The position numbers and the translations under genes were made by a program. DNA of 64,000 nt from positions 332,568,001 to 332,632,000 of the forward strand of contig OZ024742.1 of the NCBI GenBank assembly GCA_964016885.1, given 5' to 3'. The notes beneath the pieces are model-generated. The model had not been told where the DNA came from. It did no database searches and saw only the letters and a list, made by a program, of their open reading frames with translations. Below, in pieces: positions 1 to 19,310 of the stretch. This DNA comes from Eledone cirrhosa (taxonomy: Eukaryota). Numbering within the stretch: the first letter of the stretch is position 1; each line of letters opens with the position of its first letter.

Positions 1-72
1 CGCAGGTTGGTTTGGTTACTCCGCAGTAATGTAAAATAATTAAGTCAAATAATTAAAATTTGGCTTCGTTTA

Positions 73-2026
<1,954 letters not shown>

Positions 2027-3971
2027 TGAATAAGGGTATAATAATTATTTGTAATATCAGGCATGTTGTGAAAGATATCGTTATATATCGCTGATTTCCT
2101 AGAAATCCGCCTCTAAATCGATAGTTTCCAAAGTATTTCACTATCAAGAACCGCTTTCATTTAAATGATATTTAATCACCGACACCCCATAGGACTTGCT
2201 CTGCTCTCAAATTGTTATAGAGTGATAATAACAATGAAATGAGAAATGTGCTTATACTTAGAGAAACCAGGTGTCTAATCGTATTTGTATCTTGTGTTTA
2301 TAACAACGTACTTGAAAATTTAAAGTCATACACGAATTCCGTGCAGTGAGATTGAGTCATGAATGCCTACGATTCGAAGGGAACCTGTTAACCACAGAGT
2401 CATGCTTATATCTATTCTTTTATCTCAGACGTTTTTGCTCCTCAAGATTAACTGATTGATGATGAATCTCCTCCGATGCATTGCAATCACATGTTACACC
2501 GATATCCTCTTTAATATTCTTCTATTTTTTTCTTTACTGCTACCACGGTGATTACTGTTCAGCAGAGTCAGTGTAGAGAGAAGTGCCTGCCTTCCTCCTC
2601 GCCTCTCATTATACATATTTCAGTCATCAAATATAGTGGGAAACATTTTGTTCAATTCTCTCAACCCCATACCAGCATTTTCGAACCAAATTTGGCCATG
2701 ATGTTCAAGCCGGTAGTAATGATTTTGTCTAATTCAGACATTTAATCTAGGATTATATTATTCAAAATTCACTATCCCTTTCAAGGAAAGTAGGATATGG
2801 TTTTAGAGAAAGTTCTCTGAAACAATAGTGAAAACTACTTTTAGGATGTCAAACGACAATGAAGAGTTTCCCCATTTTCTCCACTAATGTTTCCCTGCGG
2901 ACACCAGTTTTCAGAATCTAATTCTAAAAGAAATAATTTTCTGGGTACCCACCATTCTTAGGCTAAATAACATCGATACTGGTAGAAAATAGTTAATTTT
3001 ATGTGCATCCTGTTGAACGTCACATATTTAGAAGGGAATGTGACAAAGTGAAACAGTTTGATGGTTAAACGGTTTCTCAAGCATTGTGTGGCGGATACTG
3101 ACACAAAACGGCACCCTGCATCATTTTGTCTATTTTCAAAACAGAGCAAAAAACGTTTATATGATTCTATATTTAAGGTAATATTCATACAAAAATGTGA
3201 TAATTTACGTTTTAGTAATGTGTCGAATTTCATCGCAATCATAACCAAAATACAACAATCATTTTATGACCCTTTTTAAAGAAACCCCTGTTCCAACACA
3301 AACATAATACAAATTTATGTTACAACCGAACCCCATTTACAACCAGCATCTTCATGTAATCGTCGCATTTTACGTAGTAAAAAACATGACTCAATTAAAA
3401 TCTTGTTGAAAATCAAAACCTAGGGTAGATAGATATTTGTTGTTAAGTTGGTTTCTTTAATTATAATGACACTATCGTTAAATAGTCGAACAAATGCCTG
3501 GTTAAAATTTTTCTGACCTTTTACACTCTGAGTTCAAATGAGGTCGTCGTCAACTTTGCCTTTCATAAAGTAATAGTCACATACTGAGCTCTGTATTTAT
3601 GTCAAAATTATCATAGAAACCATTAAATATAATTTCAAGCAGACTTTTTACGTTCTGAGTTCAAATCTCGTCGATGTCAGGCTTTCTTTTATAGAATTTT
3701 AGCGTCAATATTACTGAACTAAATGTCTCACTAGGGCATAAATTATGGCACCCATTCATGTTGTGAGTTCGAAACTCATGCAGGGACAGAAGCTGTACTA
3801 CAAACCTGCTTTGTCAAAAAAATAAATTATAACTATTTTACAGCACGTGCAAATGGAATTGCACACGTGTACATATTCACACACACTACACAAATACATA
3901 TACAAATACACATACATATTATACATATTCACACACAAAAATGAATGAACATATATATATATATACACTAT

Positions 3972-4268
3972 ATTAATAATTGGAAACTATATTTATAAAA
4001 CAATATTTATTTTATTATATATATTTCAAGGGCAACCAAGGTAAATTATGGTGCGCTTTCATCAGATAAAATACAGATTTGTTTTATATATAAATATTGA
4101 CATACCCGGGAAAACGACAACCTTAAAAATAAATATGGTTTTATAAATATAGTTTCCATTTATTAATATATTGTGTATTTACTCCACTAATCTGTTGAGT
4201 GCTTTATATCAGTTATAACAATGTTTAAACTTGTTGAATCCCAACAAATTAAATATAACCTCTGCACA
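3972..4268. mobile_element. Non-coding PLE terminal-repeat (pLTR) fragment with partial inversion; same family as 57561-57936
   Basis: tggaaactatatttataaaac...ttttataaatatagtttcca inverted pair, homologous tail ctgttgagtgctttatatcagttataa, (TA)n on both sides. Confidence 0.75.
4008..4073 (-). ncRNA. Type-I hammerhead ribozyme motif (intact core)
   Basis: Minus strand reads UAUUUUAU-CUGAUGA-AAG...CUU-GAAA-UAUAUA-UA-AUAAAAUA. Stem I is 8 bp, stem III is palindromic, cleavage triplet AUA. Confidence 0.85.
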
Positions 4269-4291
4269 TATATATATATATATATATATAT

Positions 4292-4480
4292 AGGAAAAGG
4301 TATGACCCCGACGGCAGAGCTCTAGCCGTTTCTACGGCTATTTCAGTCCAGAAATAGCCGTAGAAACTGCTTGAGCTCTGCCGTCGGGGTCATACCTTTT
4401 GCTATTACCCACTCTACTACCCTAAGTATTAAGTACTCTGGTGCGTTATGGTCCATCTGGTTCCTTACCACAATTCCTTC

Positions 4481-4481
<1 letters not shown>
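4292..4481 (+). mobile_element. Palindromic HHR-derived (TA)n-inserted element, family A
   Basis: ggaaaaggtatgaccccgacggcagagctc...gagctctgccgtcggggtcatacctttt hairpin plus tail attacccactctactaccc...ccttcg. Many copies in the window. Confidence 0.8.
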
Positions 4482-4517
<36 letters not shown>

Positions 4518-4759
4518 CGCATAGAGAGCAGATCTCAAAACTTAAGTTCACAGAGGAGATGACATAGGAAGGTAACACCTGAAGGGAGGCTGTGTTGGAA
4601 ACGACCCTTCCACCCCAAAGAAACATGGGAAAACGGACGTAAAATGACGATGATGATGATGATGATGTTAAAAATATATTGAGACACACATGTTCCCACA
4701 TACAAATATATACACAATTATCGATTTATAACGGACAGACAAAGCCAGAAATTTCTACG

Positions 4760-4922
4760 ATAATGTTATAGTTCATTGGTATTTATTTTATAGATCTAAG
4801 ATGTGAAAATCAATAAAAGAAGACTCTGATGGCCAGTTTTCAGCTTAGAGAACGTAATTGGATGTAACAAAATACGGTAAGTCATTTAGTTCGGTGCTCT
4901 CCCGTTTCTAACACTCCGCCAT
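4760..4922 (-). mobile_element. Degenerate tRNA-derived SINE
   Basis: Similar to the reverse complement of the SINE at 45471-45660 (ggtatttattttatagatc...ctaacactccgcc). Confidence 0.5.
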
Positions 4923-5234
4923 CTTAATACATATACAAAACTGTTGTTGTTGGATCTCCGTTACTTACGACGACGAATGTTCCAGTTGGTTCGATAAAGG
5001 GAACATACTGCTCGGGAAATTAACGTAAAAGGCCCTATCATGCCACATACAGGTGCACATTTAATGTGGTTTACAGGGAGATCCCCTTGACATGGTGTTT
5101 GACAAGGTTGACCTATTCAATTGACACTGAGTAGACTAGAGTAAATGGTATGGTGTTATTCGAGTGATAGAACTAAACCGACACTCGGAACCGATTATCA
5201 TTGAGTTAATATCTCGCTGCCGCCAGTATTCATT

Positions 5235-5375
5235 TTCAGCTAATTGAGGCGGAGCAACGTGAAATAACGTGTCTTGTTCAAGGACACAACGCGCGGTATA
5301 AGAATTGAACTCACGAACTCATGACCTTGCGGACTTGAATACACAATCCTAATTACTAAGCATCGCGCTTTCACA
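5235..5375 (-). mobile_element. tRNA-derived SINE head (second family)
   Basis: Minus-strand B-box-like gagttcaattc followed by gttgtgtccttgaacaagacac. Related to 15426-15720 and 51395-51600. Confidence 0.55.
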
Positions 5376-5450
5376 ACATATCCTGTAATAAAATAATAAA
5401 TACTACAGACAGTAGACACAAGTAAATTTAATGAAATCTTATTCCGCTTA

Positions 5451-7454
<2,004 letters not shown>

Positions 7455-9273
7455 TCAGTGCTTACATAGCCATCGACTCTTGTTCTGGACAGCTTCTTTC
7501 AGCAAATCGTCGGCCTCCCAAATGTGGTCTGTTAGGCAGACAGCAAAATATATATATGTTGCTTGCATGGATGTATAGGCGTGATGTCAGACACCTTAGT
7601 ATGTATTGCATACGTTAGCGTATAAGGCTGTGCGTGTGCATGTATGTATGTGTGTGCGTATTTCTTAAAAGTTAACAATTTTGAGTGGATGGATTTTAAA
7701 CAACTAATGGATGCAAACAAACATTTATTTATGGTTTAAATAAATTTATTTATGGATTAAAAGATATCAAGATAGCATTTCTAAATCCTATTTATTGAGA
7801 ATATTATCTTATATTTAACTCTTCATATATTAACGTATGTATGTATATATGTATGTGTTTAGAGGCATATATAAAGGCGTTTGTATGTGCGTGTCTGTAT
7901 GTATATTTGTATTCCTTTATCGTTGATTACGAAATATAGATATTTTGAAATAATAAAACAAGTCAGAATTAACTAATTCACCAAAAAGAAAATTTTAATT
8001 ATTTTGTACGATAAAAATAACAAAAATATTATTTATCATCAATATATAGGATATAAATGTTGCTGGTGATATCGAGTGTATGTGTGTGTGTATGGGTGTG
8101 TTGGTATTATTGTTGTTGCTATTGCTTAAATTTATTATATGTATATGTATTTGTGAGTGTCTGTTTATTTTCCTTCTGTATTTATAGCAACAAAAATCTG
8201 AATAAAATATATAATAATAATGACCCTAATTACTGGTAGTTATCAATGCTGTTGTTGATAGTATTCAGGTTCGAGTTATCGTTGTAATGGTTTTTGTTGT
8301 TCTTGCATTTCGAGCTGCTTCTTCGGTGATAATCCGTTTGAAAATATTCCCTGGTAATCCGTAATCACTGCTCGTAATTTCAAATAAACTTAGATTTAAA
8401 ACATCCATGATCAAAACAAACAGCCGAAAAAAAAAAAATGTATATATATATATATGAGTGAATGTGCGGGTGTGTATGTATGTATCTGATGGTTATCAGC
8501 CAGCAAGCTTCAGATCAGCTGTTTTGCCGTTAAATACAACATTCAGTGTATGCGTACACATTCAAGGAACACATATATACGCCAGTATATGTGTGTGTGT
8601 GCGCGTGCGTGCAACCCTATATGAATAGATCGATAATTATAACTGTATATAGGTATGTGTGCGTGTTTATCTGTGTGTGTGTATGCATATATGGGGTTTC
8701 TATATTCGTGTATGTTTATAGATCAAATATACTGAAATTGTTTGTGTATGTGTGTGCGAGTGTGTATGTGTGTGCGAGTGTGTATGTATGTGACTGGGCG
8801 ATTCAATGTTAGTACATATGAATAAATATGCGTGCGTTTATGTGTTTTCGTGTGCGTGTCTATATAGCTATATATGTGTGTGTGTGTGCCTAGATCTATA
8901 TATGTTTATAGCAACAATGACTGAATATATATGAATATATTTTATTCAGCATTTATTCATCTTTGCATATTTCATATCTCGCTGGGAATTCGTTTGTCTT
9001 GATTAATTTCTCACTACCATCTCCGAAATAATATTCTACTTTCTAATTTTGTATATGATCGTCACATTTGTTAATTACATTATATATAAGAATTAATGAA
9101 GTTTATATAAATATATACATATATTTTCTTTATTATTGGTTTTGAATATAGCGTAAAAGTTCCTGTGGCGTGTACGTATTTGTATATAAATTTATTGTCA
9201 GTTATACTATAATACTACACTAATGTTATATATATATGTATATATGTATATATGTATATATATATATATATGC

Positions 9274-9325
<52 letters not shown>

Positions 9326-10308
9326 TTATATATATATGTGTGTGTGTATGTGTGAGTATGTGTGTGTGTATGTGTGTGTGTGTGTGTATTTATACAAATA
9401 TATATGAAAATAAATCTTTGATAAATGCACCCATATAAGTTTAATTTATATATGAGTTTGAATTATGAATGCATATTTAATATATACACGTTTATTGTAT
9501 ATATGACTACTGTATGTACATTATATATCCATATATATTTATATATACATGTATTTCCCTTTGAAAACGCGAAGTTGTGGATAGTTCGTGAAGTAAAATG
9601 TATCCGAATATTAGAGGATTTAGCCAACTTGTTCAGGTATGTATATTTTTATTTCTTTTCTTCCGTCAGACGTCTTTCCACCAGCTGAGAACTGCAGATA
9701 AGAAAACTTCTGAAAATTGATTGAAAAAGAAAAAAGGAAAAAAAAATCAATGATATATTTATATATTAGTTTATATGCAAAAAACAAAGATATAAAATAT
9801 ACTCAATTTATTTATATGCGTTCAAAAAACTATATATTTTCAAGTGTTTACTACTACAGCTTCTAGTTGACAAATACCTTGTGAGTGAAATTTCGTATAC
9901 AGCAACCGCAGAAGTCGATTGCATGTATATAAGTGTGCGTGTGTTGGGATTTAAGTTTGTGTATGTCCCACAGTCCCGTAAGTTAAAGCTTTGACAATAA
10001 ATATAGATAAAATATGTACTGGGGTCTCTTGGGTTCCGTTGAATAACTTGGAGGTGATGCACATGCATTGCAGTAGTCTAATGAAGGAAACAGGTAAAGA
10101 AAAAAAAAAAGAATACATTAACTGGTCAGGTGGGAGTTGGGACAATACATGATGGCACGGTGATTGAGGTATTTCATGCGTGAGGGTTACATTAAACGGG
10201 TGGTTGTAACTATGCTTGGGTGAGTTAGGCCGCGAATTTGTGGGCTTTCTCGATCTTTCCTACTTTGAAGTTCTGCTGCATTAGGACTACTATTTCATAA
10301 CACACACA

Positions 10309-10401
<93 letters not shown>

Positions 10402-10405
<4 letters not shown>

Positions 10406-10508
10406 AAGGAAATGTGGTAAGGAATCAGATGGACCATAACGCACCAAAGTACTCAATACATAGGGTAGTAGAGTGTGTAATAGGAACGAGTAGGACCCCG
10501 ACGTTCCT
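10402..10508 (-). mobile_element. Family A tail fragment
   Basis: aagaaggaaatgtggtaaggaatcagatggaccataacgcacc...ggaccccgac matches the reverse complement of the 47350-47448 tail. Confidence 0.75.
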
Positions 10509-10509
10509 A

Positions 10510-10540
<31 letters not shown>

Positions 10541-10659
10541 TATTATTATACGAATTCCCCCTCACACACTATATATAACCCGTCCTTCTAAGGTCCCATT
10601 CATCCAGAACCCTTGTGGCAAATTAATGAAATTATTATCGTCATAATTGGATTGTCGGA

Positions 10660-10800
10660 CCAATTACTTTAAGACATATAGTTACGACCCTTCACGTTCT
10701 GAGTTTGAAACCCGTAGAGGTTAGTTCGGCCTTTCACCCTTTCGGAATCGATAAAAACAAATACCGGCCAAGTGACATTACTCGCCCCTAAAACAGCTAC
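10660..10800 (+). mobile_element. tRNA-derived SINE
   Basis: ttctgagtttgaaacccgtagaggttagttcggcctttcaccctttcggaatcgataaa. Confidence 0.65.
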
Positions 10801-11407
10801 TAAGCAAAAATTGTATTGAAATTAACTGGCACTTATTGATACGTGAATGTCTGTGTGAATTTGGTTTTATATTCCAGAATATATCACCAAATAACTTTGA
10901 TATTTTTGCAGTATTGCAACTGGAGAAGAGTATATATATTACTAACAAGATCATCTTGACACATACCTATATTGAAGATGATGATGATGATGATGTATAT
11001 GATGATGGTGATGGTGATGTATATGATGGCGATGGTGATGACCGTGGTGTATATGAAAGTGTATATTACAAAATTGTTTCACACATGTTGACATGTGCTT
11101 CTAATTTCAGCATGTGGATGAATATATGTGAATGACTGTATGTGCGAGCTGGCGTGTGAATGATGGCTTCTGATAATCCCAAATCGTATCAATAATAATG
11201 GGGGAGGGAAGAAATAATCTTAGTTGTGCTACAGGTAGATAGCCAAATGGGCGTACTGTGTCTGTGTGTGCGAGTGCATATATGAATATATGTATGTATA
11301 CGTGTGTATAATTCGTGTGTGTACATAGGTAGGGACAGTGAGAGAACAATATTCATGCAGGGTATATTATAAGTCGTAGGTCCGGGTGTGTGCGTGTCTC
11401 TCTCTCC

Positions 11408-11483
<76 letters not shown>

Positions 11484-12156
11484 GTATATATAGCAGATGA
11501 CGAAATAAGATCGTAATGTTCGTCTATTCGTCTATATAGCGACTAGTTAAATCAATTAGTCCGGGTGTTTTGTCGATAGATCGGGTAATCCGGGTACGTT
11601 ACTTTACAACTAGACAAATCAGGAAGTCAGGATGATATGAATCACCGGAAGACAAACAAACGATCCGGGTATATTACTGGTTGATAACAACAGTAAATCC
11701 TTATATATATTTACACATATACCGGCAAAACAAAAGATGACTAACAAGTTTATACTCATGTTTTATTTGTCTTTAATGTGTGTGTGCAGGCGTACAAAGT
11801 TCTGTGAGATTATCATTCTCTTCGTGTGCATATATTTATATATCTATACATATGTGCGTAGAAATAATTTATCAATCCCTCACACGAGGCATTGAGCGAA
11901 ACTTCGAAGTCACTATCACATTTTTCTTCGGAAAATACAGTTTGTTCTCTGCTCACTTTTAATGTTTCAACGATGAACATAAAATACCTGCCTTTTCAGT
12001 ACACACCCACATACACACAGACACTTCACACACTACACACACAGTGTATATTGAAAATGTTTGTTTATTTAGCATGTGTACTGATAATATGAAGTAGATT
12101 TTTCTTTCTTTGTGTGTGTGTGTGTGTGTGTGTGCATATATATATATATATGTGTG

Positions 12157-12225
<69 letters not shown>

Positions 12226-12432
12226 GTGAGTATCGATGCTGGTGTGTTTATAACAATGCGTCTTCGTGTTTCTATGCATGGTTAAGTATTTACGTTTTGT
12301 TCAATGCATACGGAAGTCCATGCAGTAAACACCATGTGTAACTATAGATACACGTGAATATAAAAATATATTTGTGTTTTATATATATATATACCTATAT
12401 AAATGTATGTTTATAGGTGGTTATATTTAAAT

Positions 12433-12540
<108 letters not shown>

Positions 12541-12738
12541 GGGTGTCCTAAAAGATGTATACACATTTCACTTCAATAGCATTCTAATAATTATGTGTAT
12601 ACATATTGGTGGTACATGCTGTGCGTATATATATACACAGAGTATATATATATAAATATATATATATATGACATATATATATATATATGTATATATATAA
12701 ATATTTATGTGTGTCTATATATACGTGCACACACACAA

Positions 12739-12781
<43 letters not shown>

Positions 12782-12783
12782 CA

Positions 12784-12858
<75 letters not shown>

Positions 12859-14611
12859 ATCGACAGTTAGTTGTAACTCGGGACGTTGAGCTGTGTATTT
12901 CAAACATCATATGCTTGCTAACAATTCTCGGCCGATATATTCATCTTGTTACTGTTGATGCTACTATAGTTATTGTTTCTACTGTTGCTGTATTAGTAGT
13001 AGTAGTTGTACTTACTAACGTTGTAGAGATTTCCCTCGTTGTTGTTTTTTTATAGCCGCTACTCTAGTTTTATTATCGTGTTTTTTTATTATTACTGCTG
13101 TACTAGTTGTAGCTTTTTATTGCTGTGGGTTTGTTGTTGGTGTTGTTTTTACTGCGGTAACTAATTGTAGTAGTAGTAGTTGTTATTGTACTTACAATCG
13201 TTGGGAGGCTTCCCTCGTTATTGTCCTGTGTTGTTTCGTTTGTTTGTTGTTATTTTAAATTATGTTGGAGTTGATATCATAAGTGTGGGTTGTATTGATG
13301 TTGGTGATGATATCATAGGGGATGGGGTGTAGAAATGGTGGTGATGTGTATATGCTTGTAGTTGTGTAGTTAAATAAATTAACAAGTTGTGACAGAGGCT
13401 GTGGGGTTGGTAGAGGTTGTGTTGCGGAAGGAATTATGTTATATTCACTGGTCTAAATGTTCGCAGCCGGAGAATATAGCGGTTTGGAAACACATGGACT
13501 ACAAATTGTTCGTGTTTCGGACATTGGAAAGGACACCAAGCAGAGTAGTAGCCGATGCATGTTTAAATACAGGATAGACACACGGTATAATCTCAACAGA
13601 AGGAGAGAGAGATAAAATACACCTGTAGAGAAACAGTAAAAGAAATAGATTGACTGAAAAAATCAGACAGTGAAAGGGGGATGGGGAGAGTTTTAAACGT
13701 ACAGGTAGATAGAGAGGCAGATTGATTGACAGAAGAAGCGAGTGAAAACATACAAACAGTGAGAAACACTAGATATAAAGTAATAGAAATAAAGGTGACA
13801 ATGTCAGTGGAGTGTGGGGGGGGGGGGGGTAAATCTACAGAGACAACTACATTAATTGTTTCTAAGAATCAGGGTGATAGAAAGACGGGAAAGTTGAGAG
13901 AAAGATAGAGAAATAGATTATGAAAAAGTTAGAAAGAGGGATAGAGTGATAGAGAGAATGGAAAGTTAAAGAGAGATGCAGTAACAGACATAGATAAAGT
14001 TATAGAAAATGATGAAGTGTATTATACAGAAAAAAAGTTACTTATAGATTACAAGGAATTAAATGTGTGTGTATGTATAGAAATAGGAGAGAGAAGACAA
14101 CTTGCAATTCTATACGGTTCTCTACCTGCGCAACAATAAACAAGAACTCAGCCACATCTAATAGTTCCTCTCAGCCGGGTTGGTCTCACCACACACTATG
14201 CCATCATCTATATCATCGGCCCGCCAGCAGCCAGCCACTCACGTGACTACACATCGATCATTTCATTGGATGTCCGACATTTCACTACCGCCGTAGATGG
14301 CATAATAACGTTTGGATTTTTTAACTTAGAAATGTTTGCTTTTTCATTTGCTTTTGTTGTTGTTTTTTACTATTTGGATATTTAATTGTATTTTATTCTC
14401 TTCATTTCCGCTTTTTTTTTCCAATATTTCTTTTTAAGTTTGTTAGATCAACCTCTCTTTTTTCTTCTTTTAATATCGACTATAAATCTTATTCTATTTC
14501 TTTTTAACCTTACTTCTATATATCTTTCTATCTATCTACCTATTTTTACACACACATATATATGAATATATTAAAAAAATATATATATATAAGTACTTAT
14601 ATATATGTATG

Positions 14612-14668
<57 letters not shown>

Positions 14669-14669
14669 G

Positions 14670-14720
<51 letters not shown>

Positions 14721-14796
14721 GTATGTATGTATATATATATAATACTTATATATATATGTAAGTATGTATATATATATAAGTACTTATATATATATG

Positions 14797-14870
<74 letters not shown>

Positions 14871-14876
<6 letters not shown>

Positions 14877-15050
14877 TGTATGACACCTACGGGAGAGCTC
14901 AAGCCGCTTCGACGACTATTTCGGGACTAAATTATAATTTTTAGACAGGTAAATAAAAACTTTTTTATTTACCAGCCTAAAAATTCTAATTTAGTCCAGA
15001 TATACCCGTCAAAACGGATTGAGCTCTGCAGTAGGTCTCATATATTTTCC
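14871..15050. mobile_element. Family A palindrome with longer central stem
   Basis: ggaaaatgtatgac...gagctc...ggactaaatt / aatttagtcc...gagctc...catatattttcc. Confidence 0.78.
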
Positions 15051-15100
15051 TATATATATGTATATATATATGTATATATATGTATATATATATATAAATG

Positions 15101-15174
<74 letters not shown>

Positions 15175-15189
15175 ATATATATATATATG

Positions 15190-15228
<39 letters not shown>

Positions 15229-15237
15229 ATATATATG

Positions 15238-15304
<67 letters not shown>

Positions 15305-15307
15305 GTA

Positions 15308-15388
<81 letters not shown>

Positions 15389-15398
15389 TATAAGTACT

Positions 15399-15425
<27 letters not shown>

Positions 15426-15429
<4 letters not shown>

Positions 15430-15720
15430 ATGGGTTAGTGACTAAAGCGTTGGGCTTACAATGCAGAGGATGTGAGTTCGATATCTCAGAACGGCTGGTA
15501 CCTTGTGTGCATGTACAAGACACTTTATTTCCAATTTACTCACCTGTTGCAACATCACTGGTACCAACCTGTTTGGACATTGCCTTTCCCTTGGACTACA
15601 TCAGTGGCGTGGAAAGGGTAGACTGGTATGCATGGGTGACTGTGGTCTTCCAGGCTTGTGTCTCGGAAGAAAACTGTCTAGGTGCGAAAACATGGTAATT
15701 CGTGACCAATGGGGACATAA
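15426..15720 (+). mobile_element. tRNA-derived SINE
   Basis: A-box-like tgggttagtga and B-box-like gagttcgatat followed by a SINE-like body. Confidence 0.6.
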
Positions 15721-15741
15721 GAAAATTAATATATATATATA

Positions 15742-15790
<49 letters not shown>

Positions 15791-15796
<6 letters not shown>

Positions 15797-16162
15797 TAAT
15801 AAAAATAATGAATAAAAACAAAGAAACAGTTCCTTATATTAAAAAATTCATCTTTTTACGATCGTTTCTAGGATATGTATGTGTGTGTTGGTATGTATAT
15901 CATATAGATCTATGTAAAAGTTATGATATACATACCAACACACACATATATATCCTAGAAACGATCGTAAAAAGAGGAATTTTTTAATATAAGGGACTGT
16001 TTCTTTGTTTTTATTCATTTTTTTATTAATTTATCTTGACTCTGTTTTCCTGTGTTTTTCATCGAAAAAATGTTGAATACATCTTCTCTTTTCATGATAT
16101 TTGGATTACATTGAGTTCTTCATAGGGATTGGACACTACCGTATATTTTGGTAGATTTATCT

Positions 16163-16164
<2 letters not shown>
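15791..16164 (+). mobile_element. Truncated, fold-back pLTR of the 24.8-32.1 kb PLE family
   Basis: Palindrome 15791-16034 centred near tatagatctatg. Tail ...ttggacactaccgta...ggtagatttatctac matches 32056-32091. Confidence 0.85.
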
Positions 16165-16203
<39 letters not shown>

Positions 16204-16276
16204 TGTTTAAGATGCCACTGTCCTGAAAATATTAATGGGTGTAAATGATAGTATATAATGTGTGTGTGTGTGTATG

Positions 16277-16308
<32 letters not shown>

Positions 16309-16635
16309 TATACGTATATATATATATACGTATATATATATATACGTATATATATATATATAGTATATATATAGTATATATATATATATATATATATATA
16401 GTATATATCCATATATATATATAGTATATATTTATATATATATAGTATATATTTATATATATAGAGTATATATTAATATATATATAGTGTATATTTATAT
16501 ATATATAGTGTATATTTATATATATATAATGTATATTTATATATATATAGTATATATTTATTAAATATATATAGTATATATTTATTAAATATATATAGTA
16601 TATATTTATATATATATATAATATATATTTATATG

Positions 16636-16717
<82 letters not shown>

Positions 16718-16760
16718 TATATATAATATAAATGTATAGAATATATATATATTATATATT

Positions 16761-16808
<48 letters not shown>

Positions 16809-17019
16809 AATATATATAAAATATAAATATATATATATATAATATAAATGTATAGAATATATAAACGTCGCATATGTAAATTTTTATATTAATATATATA
16901 GAAAGATACAATATAAAGTATATATATATAAACATACATATATATATATTCATTTGTATATATATATATAGTACATATTTAGATGTATACTTTATATATG
17001 TATATATATATATGTAAAT

Positions 17020-17229
17020 ATGATAATAATGGAGCTGCGGCGTTGCAAATGGGTTACATATGAAAAAGTTTGTCCTTCATCAGTGATCTTCCAACCATCA
17101 TAGGCATTTCATCGCTTTAAAGACCATATTCCTCCGGTTGGTGCGAGCAACGGCTAAAAAAAGTCGTTGGGACACGTAAATAAAAGGGGACGCGAGGGTA
17201 AACAAACAAAATGGTTTAAGCAACAGAAA
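17020..17229 (-). mobile_element. Family B non-coding element fragment (homologous to 54709-55622)
   Basis: gtccttcatcagtga...aagtcgttgggacacgtaaataaaaggg matches the reverse complement of the 55410-55620 region. Confidence 0.8.
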
Positions 17230-17239
17230 TTATATATAT

Positions 17240-17286
<47 letters not shown>

Positions 17287-17362
17287 TACATATATATAAA
17301 TATATATATTTATATTTATATTTATATATATTTATATTATATTATATTTATATATGTACATG

Positions 17363-17393
<31 letters not shown>

Positions 17394-17440
17394 TTATATT
17401 TATATTTATATATATTTATATTATATTATATTTTTATATG

Positions 17441-17545
<105 letters not shown>

Positions 17546-17891
17546 CATATATATATCATATATATATATATATATTATTTTGTTTTTCACATATTATATA
17601 TATCAGTATATATTTTGCCAACCGGGAGATAAGCCTACTCTCTATCGTAGTAGAGTGTAAATATACATCTTCTTATGGGTAAATAGTGAGTCTTGCTTGG
17701 TTCACTGGAGTTTCGCTCGCTTCCTCACATGGTCATCAGACAAAATGATCCTGCGAGAAACAGACGAGATTCCCCTGTAGCAACACTTATTATTTAGCCT
17801 TAAAAATCTGAATGCCCTATACACACACACCCACCCACACACACACACCCACACACACCCACACCCACACCCACACACACACACAAATATG

Positions 17892-17950
<59 letters not shown>

Positions 17951-17992
17951 TTATGTATCTTTTCTCTGTGTGTGTGTTTGTGTATCTCAGTA

Positions 17993-18043
<51 letters not shown>

Positions 18044-18141
18044 GTATATATATACACACGCACATATGTAGAGAGAGGCATATGCATATATATTGATACA
18101 TATGCCTCTCTCTACATATATGTGTACTCATGTATTTAGTC

Positions 18142-18196
<55 letters not shown>

Positions 18197-18198
18197 TC

Positions 18199-18310
<112 letters not shown>

Positions 18311-19194
18311 GAGAGAGAGAAAGAGAAATAGATATTTTCTTATTTTCTCTGAGTATTTCATTATTACATTCATTCATTCCTTCTTTTATTTATCCATCAT
18401 ATTTAAACTTTTGTTTCTTTCTTTTATGTTTTAGAACATCAAAATCTTAAAAAATATGTCCTTTTTAAACATTTACTTTTTCCTTCTATTTATCATTCAT
18501 CTCTTTCTTAAGGCTCTCTCTTTTTATTTTTCTTCATTCACCTTCTTCCTTTCTTTTCTTCTAGTCTTTACAGGTATCATTTTCTGTCCTTCTTTTGCTT
18601 TTATCCTACCTGCTTTCTTAAAATCTTTCCTCGTATTTTTTCTCCACTCACTTTTCTTCTTTAAGTTATTTCTTTTTTTTTTTCATTCTCTAATTCATTC
18701 TTCTTTTCTTTCCTCATTCCTCTGTTTCTTTCATTCACTGCATCCTTTTCCTTTATATATCTATTTCAGATTTGATTTCTCTCATTTTTCACCCCTTCTG
18801 TCTCGGTTTCTTTTTTCATTATTTACTTTCCTTCTTTATTTATTTATTTACATTCCTTAGGTCTCTGCCTCATTTTCCTTCCCATTTCTTCTTTCTTTCA
18901 TTCTTTCTTTCTTTCTTTCATGTCTCCTTATATCATTGTTTTTCTTTTTCTTAATTTTCCCATTATCTTCTTTCCATCTTCACTGCTTTATTCGATTTCT
19001 CTGTTTGAAAGGTGATGCTGCTTCCAACACCCACCTTCCTACGTTAAATAATATCGAACCACGTGGCCGGTCTTTTATCTCCTGCTTATGTAATATTTAT
19101 CTGATGAGAGATAGAAAGAGAGAGAGAGATTATCTTGAATACGACTATCTATCTATCTACCTATTTATCTCTAACGCTCCCCTTCTCTCCCTGC

Positions 19195-19254
<60 letters not shown>

Positions 19255-19310
19255 ACACGCGCGCATGCTCACAGACAGAGAGACATGTATATATATATAT
19301 ATATATATAT

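Noticed and set aside
17698-17746. Minus-strand CUGAUGA...GAAACUCCAGUG hammerhead-like string
   Set aside because: G at position 17 and poor stem I/II pairing; at most a decayed copy.
18456-18954. Phe/Leu/Ser-rich hydrophobic ORFs
   Set aside because: Polypyrimidine low-complexity DNA.
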